This document shows, piece after piece, positions 46,275 through 53,540 of a stretch of 64,000 nucleotides of DNA. The DNA lies in NCBI GenBank assembly GCA_937910905.1, contig CALEPV010000066.1, positions 19,759-83,758 of the forward strand. The letters are read 5' to 3'. The notes below the pieces were generated by a model, which worked only from the letters and a program-made list of their open reading frames with translations, did not search any database and was not told the DNA's origin. Made by a program: the position numbers and the translations under genes. The stretch comes from an uncultured Prevotellaceae bacterium (GTDB lineage Bacteria; Bacteroidota; Bacteroidia; Bacteroidales; Bacteroidaceae). Position 1 is the stretch's first letter, and every line of letters begins with the position of its first letter.

Positions 46275-47321
46275 TTACTTGTCGAAGTTGATGTTGCTGC
46301 CGCCGATTTCGTTGCCATCAGCGAATATCTGTACACGGTACTGGCCAGCCAGAAGCATTTCGGTCACGTCCCAATAGACGGTCACGGCGGTCTCCTCGCC
46401 GTTGTACTCGATGTCCTTGCGTATGGAGTATTCCAGCTGGCGGTTGGCATAGCTGAAGGTTCCACCGCCGTTGAGGGCATCGCCCGTGGGCTTGAGTATG
46501 CGTACGTATATGGTCTTGATGCCGGTTTGTGCAGTGACATTGCGGGCTATCTTGAAGTCGATCTGGAACTTCTTTACGTCCGCAATCTTGCGTGCAGGCT
46601 TGCCTTTCTTGTTCTTGGCTGTGATGGCAACTGCCGTTGCATCCAGTTGGGCGGCTATTGCCACCTGGTCAGAGAGCTGCTCGTTCTGGTTGTTGAGGGC
46701 GCTGATCTGCTGTTGCTGTGCCGCCTGTTGCTGCCGCAGGTCCTGGTTCTCGGCGGTGAGCTGCGTGTTGAGGCGGTTCAGCGAGTCGATTTCAGCGACA
46801 AAGCTCTTCAGCACCTGGCGCATGGTGGCCAGCTCGCGGCGCAGTCGGGCAATCTCGGCAGCGTCCGAAGCCTTGGTCTGCTCCAGCTCCTGCAATAGGT
46901 TTTGCACCTCCTGCTCGCGCTGTGAGAGCTGTGCGATGAGCGAGTCGTTGCTGATCTGCGTGCGCATCTCGCTGTACTGGCGTGCGAAGCTCTCGTACTC
47001 GTTCTTCATCTCAGTCTTGTCCATCTCGGCAATCTGTAGCAGTTGCTCGTTCTGCTCGGCCTTCTCCTGCAGCGGTGCGATGACGAAGAAGTATGTGCAC
47101 AGAGCGGCAATAAGAAGAACGATAGCTGCGAGTAGCCAGGGCCATGGCAAAATCCCTCCACCTGCCCTCCCTTGTGGGGAAGTAGAGGCTGCGGACCCTG
47201 CTCCCGCCCTCCCTGTGAGTGAGTGAGCGGTTTGTTCTGTGCCAAGGGAATTGACAGCACCGTCGATTATATCGTCGGTCTTATTATCCGTTGTCTTATT
47301 ATCTGTTGTCTTATCATCCAT
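46275..47321 (-). CDS. Membrane-anchored coiled-coil protein with C-terminal beta-rich domain, function unknown
   Basis: 348 aa. DNKTT repeats, a repeat-derived G/A-rich segment, TM (LLAAIVLLIAALCTYFFVI), about 150 aa of Q/E/L-rich coiled coil and a globular C-terminus. Confidence 0.5.
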   Translation of the reverse strand: MDDKTTDNKTTDNKTDDIIDGAVNSLGTEQTAHSLTGRAGAGSAASTSPQGRAGGGILPWPWLLAAIVLLIAALCTYFFVIAPLQEKAEQNEQLLQIAEMDKTEMKNEYESFARQYSEMRTQISNDSLIAQLSQREQEVQNLLQELEQTKASDAAEIARLRRELATMRQVLKSFVAEIDSLNRLNTQLTAENQDLRQQQAAQQQQISALNNQNEQLSDQVAIAAQLDATAVAITAKNKKGKPARKIADVKKFQIDFKIARNVTAQTGIKTIYVRILKPTGDALNGGGTFSYANRQLEYSIRKDIEYNGEETAVTVYWDVTEMLLAGQYRVQIFADGNEIGGSNINFDK

Positions 47322-47384
47322 ATACTTATCACATAGATATTATACCTTTATATTATATATATGTAATGACCCTCCACAAGCATC

Positions 47385-48839
47385 CTATTTCTCTGGTATT
47401 TCTGCCAGCAGCGTCTTCAGGAACTCATAGAAGCGGCCTACGGACGGTATGAAGCAGCGTTCATTGGGTGTGTGGGGCGAGCGCAGTGTGGGCCCGAAGC
47501 TGATGAGATCCATGTTGGGATATACTGCGCCTATGATGCTGCACTCCAAGCCGGCGTGCACTACCTCTACCTTGGCAGGCTTGCCAGACAGACGCTCGTA
47601 GAGTGCGGCCATCTGTGCAGCGATGGGCGAGTCGAAGTTAGGCTGCCATGCACCGTACTGTCCGCCGTACTCCACCTTCATGCCGGCCATGCCGAACACG
47701 CTCTCGAATATCTCCTGTTCGAGTTCCAGCTGGCTGTCGCACGACGAGCGGGCCAGTATCAGCACCTCTGCCTGGCCGCCGCCAATGTTGATGATGGCCA
47801 GGTTGGAGCTGGTCTCCACCACGTGGGGGATGCTGGGGATGTTGCGCAGCACACCGTCGTGGCAGGCGAGGATGGCGGACACGAGGTTGTCCTGTACCTC
47901 CTCCGGCACCTGCATAGCGGGCAGTTCTGCGCGCTGCACCTCGATGCAGACCTCATCCTCCACGCCGCGATACTCTGCAGCGAATGTCTGCTGGCAGTAC
48001 TCAGCCAGTTCGCGGATGTCGTCCTCATTGTCGGCAGGTATGGTCAGCACCACCTCGGCAGTGCGTGGTATGGCGTTGCGCATGTTGCCGCCCTTCCATG
48101 TGGCCAGGCGCGCGTCGTCGTCCTGAATGGCCTGACGCACCAGCCGTGCCATCAGCTTGTTGGCATTGGCGCGGCCCTGGTTGATTTCCAAGCCGGAGTG
48201 TCCGCCCTTCAGACCGCTGATGGTGATGCGTACGGCGATGTCGTCCTTGTCGGTTTCCACCTCCTTGTAGCCCAGTGTGGCGGTTACATTCACGCCGCCC
48301 GCGCTGCCTATACAGAACTCGCCCTCGCTCTCATGGTCGATGTTCAGCAGTATGTCGCCCTTCAGGGTGTCGGCGCTGAGGTGGTTCACACCGTACATGC
48401 ATGTCTCCTCATCGGCAGTAATCAGCGCCTCCAGCGGTCCGTGCTTCAGGGTGTTGTCCTCGAACACAGCCATTATAGCAGCTACGCCCATGCCGTCGTC
48501 CGAACCCAGCGTGGTGCCCTTGGCCTTCAGCCACTCGCCGTCAATCCATGTTTCGATGGGGTCGGTCTCGAAGTTGTGTGTGCTCTCGTCGGTCTTCTGC
48601 GGCACCATGTCCATATGTGCCTGCATGGTGCAGACTTTGCGGTTCTCCATGCCGGGCGCTGCGGGCTTGTGCATCACGATGTTCTCGGCATTGTCCTTGT
48701 AGGCTTCGATGCCGCGCTCCTTTGCCCAGTCGAGCAGGAACTGCTGTATTTTCTCCAAGTGTCCGCTTGGGCGTGGCACCTGTGTCAGCTTGTAGAAGTT
48801 GCCAAATATGGCTTTTGGTTCAAGGTCGTGAATAGTCAT
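47385..48839 (-). CDS. pepD: Aminoacyl-histidine (Xaa-His) dipeptidase, M20 family
   Basis: 484 aa. N-terminal LEPKAIFGNFYKLTQVPRPSGHLEKI... and a PepD-like M20 sequence. Confidence 0.88.
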   Translation of the reverse strand: MTIHDLEPKAIFGNFYKLTQVPRPSGHLEKIQQFLLDWAKERGIEAYKDNAENIVMHKPAAPGMENRKVCTMQAHMDMVPQKTDESTHNFETDPIETWIDGEWLKAKGTTLGSDDGMGVAAIMAVFEDNTLKHGPLEALITADEETCMYGVNHLSADTLKGDILLNIDHESEGEFCIGSAGGVNVTATLGYKEVETDKDDIAVRITISGLKGGHSGLEINQGRANANKLMARLVRQAIQDDDARLATWKGGNMRNAIPRTAEVVLTIPADNEDDIRELAEYCQQTFAAEYRGVEDEVCIEVQRAELPAMQVPEEVQDNLVSAILACHDGVLRNIPSIPHVVETSSNLAIINIGGGQAEVLILARSSCDSQLELEQEIFESVFGMAGMKVEYGGQYGAWQPNFDSPIAAQMAALYERLSGKPAKVEVVHAGLECSIIGAVYPNMDLISFGPTLRSPHTPNERCFIPSVGRFYEFLKTLLAEIPEK

Positions 48840-48852
48840 ATTGCTAAAGGTA

Positions 48853-49872
48853 TTATGTTGATATTGTTTGTCTTGTCATTGCCAGCGCGACAGCCGCCAC
48901 TACTCCCAGCAGCGCCACGAGCATGGTCTGTATGGTGTGTACCACCAGCACGAACATCGCTCCGCTGACGCTGGCCACACCGTAGATCATCAGCACCGTC
49001 TTCACGGCGAAGTGCCAGGGACCGGCGCCGTTGGGCGTGGGCACAAGCACGGCGAAGGTGCCTACCACGAATGCCACAACAGCGACCTCCACTGGCAGGC
49101 CGGCTGTGAAATCGAAGCAGAAAAACGTGAGGTAGAAGTGCAGGAAGTAGGCCACCCAGATGCTCACGCTGTACAGCAGGTAGAGCCAGAGGCGCTCCAC
49201 ATGGCGCACTGACATCAGGCCTTCCCACAATCCGTGCAACGTGGTCTTCTGTCGGGACAGCCAGTTGAGGCGGTGCAGCAGGTATATGGCTGTGATGACT
49301 ATCACCAGCAGGCAGGCAGCGGTGACGATGTATCCCGTGGTGGTGAACTGCGACAGTACGGCTGTAAGATTCATGCCCGTGCGCTCCACGAAGGCCATGA
49401 ATGCAGTAATCTGCATCACAATCACTACTGCCGACATCAGTGCAACAATAATCATGTCGACCACTCGCTCGGTGACCACCGTGCCCAGGCTCCGGCTGAA
49501 CGGTACACCGTCATAGCGCGACAGCACTCCGCACCTCAGCACCTCGCCCACGCGCGGCACCACCAGGCTGGTGGCGTAGCTCAAGAAGATAGCATTGGTC
49601 GTGGTGGAGATTCGTGGCCGATAGCCTGTGGGCTGCAGGGATTGCCGCCACCGCAGCGCGCGGAGCCACTGTGCCGCTATACCAAATGGTAGTGAAACTA
49701 CCATCCAGCTCCAGTGCATATCCTGCCGCACAATCGTCATCAGTGACGACCAATCCAGCCCACGGTACATCCACCATAATATAAGACCGCCCATGAGGAA
49801 GGGCATGAGGATTTTCAATATGCGGGCTAATGAATTCAATGGATAAACACTGAGTAATAATTGGAGTTTCAC
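48853..49872 (-). CDS. UPF0104 / lysylphosphatidylglycerol-synthase-TM-region-like (flippase-like) membrane protein
   Basis: Polytopic, with sequence features of that family. The start is uncertain (GTG at 49872 or ATG at 49806). Confidence 0.6.
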   Translation of the reverse strand: MKLQLLLSVYPLNSLARILKILMPFLMGGLILWWMYRGLDWSSLMTIVRQDMHWSWMVVSLPFGIAAQWLRALRWRQSLQPTGYRPRISTTTNAIFLSYATSLVVPRVGEVLRCGVLSRYDGVPFSRSLGTVVTERVVDMIIVALMSAVVIVMQITAFMAFVERTGMNLTAVLSQFTTTGYIVTAACLLVIVITAIYLLHRLNWLSRQKTTLHGLWEGLMSVRHVERLWLYLLYSVSIWVAYFLHFYLTFFCFDFTAGLPVEVAVVAFVVGTFAVLVPTPNGAGPWHFAVKTVLMIYGVASVSGAMFVLVVHTIQTMLVALLGVVAAVALAMTRQTIST

Positions 49873-49880
49873 TACCTTTG
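49873..49880 (+). promoter_or_regulatory. -7 box TAccTTTG for rsmA
   Basis: TACCTTTG 30 nt upstream of ATG 49910. Confidence 0.55.
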
Positions 49881-49909
49881 TGCCGCAAATTTACAATTAA
49901 TTCCACTGA

Positions 49910-50728
49910 ATGAGAGCAGTAAAGGCAAAAAAGTTTCTTGGACAACACTTTTTGACAGACCTGGCGACGGCCCGCCGCATAGCCGACACCGTCGATGTGC
50001 GGCCTGACCTACCCGTTCTGGAGGTCGGCCCGGGTATGGGAGTGATGACTCAATACCTCGTGCAAAAGCCTCGAACACTGAAGGTTGTGGAGATAGACTA
50101 CGAGAGCGTGGACTATCTGCGGCACACCTATCCAGACCTGGAGGACAGCATCATCGAGGACGACTTCCTGAAGATGCACCTAGAGAATACCTTCGGTGGC
50201 GCACCCTTCGTGCTGACGGGCAACTATCCGTACAACATCAGCAGCCAGATATTCTTCAAGATGCTGGACTATCGTGACCTGATTCCGGTGTGCACGGGCA
50301 TGATACAGAAGGAGATGGCCGAGCGGCTGGTGGCCAAGCCCGGCACCAAGGCCTATGGCATACTGAGCGTGCTCATCCAGGCTTGGTACTCGGTGGAGTA
50401 TCTCTTCACTGTGGAGCCTAATGTGTTCAACCCGCCGCCCAAGGTGCGCAGTGCCGTGGTGCGCCTGACGCGCAACGATGTCGGCAATCTGGGTTGCGAC
50501 CACAGGCTGTTCCGCCGTGTGGTCAAGACCACCTTCAATCAGCGCCGCAAGACGCTGCGCAACAACCTGCGCCCGTTGCTGGCCGAGCTCGATGCCGAAG
50601 CTGGTGTCGCAGGTGACCACAGCGCGTTCCTGGCCAACCCGCAGTTCGACCTGCGATCAGAGCGGCTGACCGTCCAGCAGTTCGTCGACCTGACCAACGC
50701 CGTGCAGCAGGAAGTGCAGGCAAAATAA
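49910..50728 (+). CDS. rsmA: 16S rRNA (adenine1518/1519-N6)-dimethyltransferase
   Basis: KKFLGQHFL...VLEVGPGMGVMT...GNYPYNISSQI motifs of KsgA. Confidence 0.93.
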   Translation: MRAVKAKKFLGQHFLTDLATARRIADTVDVRPDLPVLEVGPGMGVMTQYLVQKPRTLKVVEIDYESVDYLRHTYPDLEDSIIEDDFLKMHLENTFGGAPFVLTGNYPYNISSQIFFKMLDYRDLIPVCTGMIQKEMAERLVAKPGTKAYGILSVLIQAWYSVEYLFTVEPNVFNPPPKVRSAVVRLTRNDVGNLGCDHRLFRRVVKTTFNQRRKTLRNNLRPLLAELDAEAGVAGDHSAFLANPQFDLRSERLTVQQFVDLTNAVQQEVQAK

Positions 50729-50838
50729 ACACACCGCGGTGCACCAAAAGTTGCACCGCGGTGTAAGTCTAGTTGCACCGTGCTCCAGCTATCGCTGCAC
50801 CGCGGTCCAACTCATGTTGCACCGTGCTGCAACTTTAA
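50729..50838 (+). repeat. Phased palindrome array, locus D (5 units plus CTTT tail)
   Basis: Units at 50729, 50751, 50773, 50795 and 50817: ACACACCGCGGTGCAC, TTGCACCGCGGTGTAA, TTGCACCGTGCTCCAG, CTGCACCGCGGTCCAA, TTGCACCGTGCTGCAA, then CTTTAA. Starts at the nucleotide after the rsmA stop. Confidence 0.95.
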
Positions 50839-50854
50839 GCGTGCTGTGCTGTGC

Positions 50855-52078
50855 CTATCGCTGCTCGTCGGGATGTACGCCGTAGTACACTCGCAGCGGG
50901 GTGGAGAGCACCTTGATGAAGCCCTTTGCTTCGTCGGCTGTCCAGCCTGTCTGAGTCTCGCCGTACTCGCCGAGCTTGCTCTTCTGCAGGTCGTTGGGGC
51001 TGTCCACACCTACGGTGTCGAATCCCAGTGGACGCAGGCGCAGTATGGCTGTTCCGGTCACGTTGCGCTGCGACGAGGTCAGCATGGCCTCGATGTCGGG
51101 CATCACGGGCTCCAGATACTGGCTCTCGTGGAGGAACATGCCGTACCAGTTGGCCACCTGGTCCTTCCAGTACTGCTGCCACTTGGATAGCGTTGATTTC
51201 TCCAGCAGGCGGTGAGCCTCGATGATGAGCTTGGGTGCTGCAGCCTCGAATCCCACACGGCCCTTGATGCCTATGATGGTGTCTCCGACGTTGCAGTCGC
51301 GGCCTATGGCATACGATGCACCAATCTCTTCAATCTTCTGTATGGCCTTCACCTTGTCGTCGAACTGCTCGCCGTTCACAGCTACAACCTCACCCTTGTC
51401 GAAGGTGATCTTCAGCAGCGACTCGTCCTGACGTGTCACGTGTTTCAGATAAGCCTCTTCGGGCAGGCCCTGTGCCGGGTCGAGAATCTCGCCGCCGCAG
51501 ATGCTGGTGCCCCAGATACCCACGTTGTAGGAGTACTTCAGCTTGGCGAAATCTGCGTTGAATCCGTGTGCGTTGAGGTAGTCCACCTCCTCCTTGCGCG
51601 TGAGCTTGCGGTCGCGTGTCAGTGTTATAATCTCCACTCCTGGCGCCATCACGAGGAATGTCATGTCGAAGCGGATCTGGTCATTACCGGCACCGGTCGA
51701 ACCGTGGGCTATGGCATCGGCACCGATCTCGCGTGCATAGCGGGCTATGGCCAGTGCCTGAAATATGCGCTCTGACGACACCGAGATGGGGTAGCAGTTG
51801 TTGCGCATCACGTTGCCGAACACCATGTACTTCAGCGACTTCTCGTAGTACTCTTGTGTCACATCGAGCGTCACGTACTGCTTGGCGCCCAGCTTGTAGG
51901 CATTCTCTTCGTTCTGCTTCAGTTGTTCAGCGCTGAAGCCGCCAGTGTTGGCACATGCTGCATATACCTCGTAGCCTTTCTCCTTGGCCAGGTACATCAC
52001 GGTGTAGCTCGTATCAAGGCCGCCCGAAAAAGCGACGACGACCTTCTTGGCCTTGCTTGTTGGTTGGTTCTCGTTCAT
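50855..52078 (-). CDS. argG: Argininosuccinate synthase
   Basis: VVVAFSGGLDTS and the rest of the ArgG sequence. Confidence 0.96.
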   Translation of the reverse strand: MNENQPTSKAKKVVVAFSGGLDTSYTVMYLAKEKGYEVYAACANTGGFSAEQLKQNEENAYKLGAKQYVTLDVTQEYYEKSLKYMVFGNVMRNNCYPISVSSERIFQALAIARYAREIGADAIAHGSTGAGNDQIRFDMTFLVMAPGVEIITLTRDRKLTRKEEVDYLNAHGFNADFAKLKYSYNVGIWGTSICGGEILDPAQGLPEEAYLKHVTRQDESLLKITFDKGEVVAVNGEQFDDKVKAIQKIEEIGASYAIGRDCNVGDTIIGIKGRVGFEAAAPKLIIEAHRLLEKSTLSKWQQYWKDQVANWYGMFLHESQYLEPVMPDIEAMLTSSQRNVTGTAILRLRPLGFDTVGVDSPNDLQKSKLGEYGETQTGWTADEAKGFIKVLSTPLRVYYGVHPDEQR

Positions 52079-52112
52079 TGTGTTGTATGATGTTTGTTTA
52101 TGTGCTTGTTGC

Positions 52113-52763
52113 TCAGTCGCGCAGCTCTGCGCTGTGCGATACTTTTCCTTCCAGACGGTTAATGCGGTCTATGACGCTCTGCGGAATCTTGGCGGGCAGG
52201 TGCTCTTCGGGATCGAACAGCATTGCGGTGCAGATGCAGAACTTGCGGTTGCGCTCGCGCAGCACGTTGATGTTCACGCAGCCCTCGCATCCGCGCCAGA
52301 AGGCTTCATCGTCGGTCAGGTCGTCGAAGGTCACGGGCAGATAGCCCAGCTGTGTGTTCATCTTCATCACGGCCTTGCCGCTGGTCAGCGAGAATATCTT
52401 GGCATGAGGCCAGCGCACGCGTGCCAGCGAGAACGTCATGTTCTTGATGCGCTTGGCTATGCCCAGCCCACGGTACTTCGGACTGACTATCAGACCTGAC
52501 GTGGTCACGTACTTCTTGTCGCCCCACGTCTCTATGTAGCTGAAGCCAGCGAAGTCGTCGCCGCAGAGGGCGATGACCGCCTTGGCCTCGCGCATCTTTG
52601 TGGCTACGTACTCGTGCGTGCGCTTGGCGATACCCGTGCCGCGCACCTTGGCGGCTTCGGCTATGGTGTCCAGTATGGTATCAACATAGCACTCGTGGCT
52701 CTCATCGGCCACCAGAATGCTTATGTCATCCGGCTTGACAGCCGTTTCTTCGGTAGAACTCAT
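52113..52763 (-). CDS. GNAT-family N-acyltransferase of the arginine operon
   Basis: GNAT core (SPKYRGLGIAKRI). Positioned between argR and argG, as is typical of Bacteroidota arg operons. Confidence 0.7.
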   Translation of the reverse strand: MSSTEETAVKPDDISILVADESHECYVDTILDTIAEAAKVRGTGIAKRTHEYVATKMREAKAVIALCGDDFAGFSYIETWGDKKYVTTSGLIVSPKYRGLGIAKRIKNMTFSLARVRWPHAKIFSLTSGKAVMKMNTQLGYLPVTFDDLTDDEAFWRGCEGCVNINVLRERNRKFCICTAMLFDPEEHLPAKIPQSVIDRINRLEGKVSHSAELRD

Positions 52764-53239
52764 TGTTGCAATGACGGTATAATTTCAGCTATATGGTTCA
52801 ACAGTTCGCTGCGGTCGGCGCCTTCGGCCATGACTACTATCACTGTGTCGTCGCCTGCCACGGTGCCGATAATCTCAGGAATGGTGTAGTGGTCTATGTC
52901 GTAGGCCAGATGTGCGGCATGTCCCGGAGGTGTCTGCAGCACAGCTATATTGCCGCTGAACTTCACGCCCACGGCGCCCAGCTGGTTCATGCGCTGCACT
53001 GTGGCGTGTGTGTCGCTCACGCGGTGGTAGCGCCTCTGCTCCGGTAGCAGGTACACGTATGTGCCGTTGTCGTTCAGCCCCTTTGCCACACGCAGCTGTC
53101 GCAGGTCGCGCGACAGAGTGGCCTGCGTGGTGTTGTAGCCTGCCTGTGCAAGCTCGTCGCGAAGCTCGTTCTGGTTGGATATCTCGCTGCTGGAAAGTAT
53201 CATCTTGATGATTTCAAGACGCGAGTCACGTTTGCCCAT
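52760..53239 (-). CDS. argR: Arginine repressor
   Basis: 159 aa. RLEIIKMILSS..ISNQNELRDELAQAGYNTTQATLSRDLRQL winged-helix and C-terminal GTVAGDDTVIVV. Confidence 0.9.
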   Translation of the reverse strand: MGKRDSRLEIIKMILSSSEISNQNELRDELAQAGYNTTQATLSRDLRQLRVAKGLNDNGTYVYLLPEQRRYHRVSDTHATVQRMNQLGAVGVKFSGNIAVLQTPPGHAAHLAYDIDHYTIPEIIGTVAGDDTVIVVMAEGADRSELLNHIAEIIPSLQQ

Positions 53240-53277
53240 GGTGGTATACTGTTTGAAAGATTATGCGTTAACGGCTG

Positions 53278-53285
53278 CAAAGGTA
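53278..53285 (-). promoter_or_regulatory. -7 box TAccTTTG for argR
   Basis: Reverse complement reads TACCTTTG, 39 nt upstream of ATG 53239. Confidence 0.5.
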
Positions 53286-53369
53286 GCGTAATTATTCCAT
53301 TCGAGCTGCATAAAAACATAAGTTTATTGCGCACAGTGCATAATTTTATGAGGTATATTGCAATTATTG

Positions 53370-53377
53370 TACCTTTG
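53370..53377 (+). promoter_or_regulatory. -7 box TAccTTTG for the TPP-riboswitch transcript
   Basis: TACCTTTG about 10-15 nt upstream of the riboswitch P1 region. Confidence 0.55.
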
Positions 53378-53385
53378 CAGCGAGT

Positions 53386-53472
53386 TATCAAGGGGTGTCC
53401 TTCCAGCTTGGGAGGACTGAGATTATACCCTCTGTACCTGATGCGGGCAATGCCGACGTAGGGATGGATAGT
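53386..53472 (+). promoter_or_regulatory. TPP (THI-box) riboswitch
   Basis: AGGGGTG...CTGAGA...ACCC...ACCTGAT...GGCAATGCC..CGTAGGGA core elements in canonical order. Followed by GCGCCCCTT (able to pair with AAGGGGTG) and the hairpin CCTTTATT...AATAAAGG abutting ATG 53541. Confidence 0.9.
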
Positions 53473-53540
53473 GTAAGCTTTAGAGGCAGCCGCGGCGCTG
53501 CGCCCCTTTATTGTTGAACAATATTAATAATAAAGGAACA

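Noticed and set aside
47472-48968. 498-aa ORF on the plus strand
   Set aside because: It is antisense to pepD and runs into the UPF0104 gene. No motifs; an artefact.
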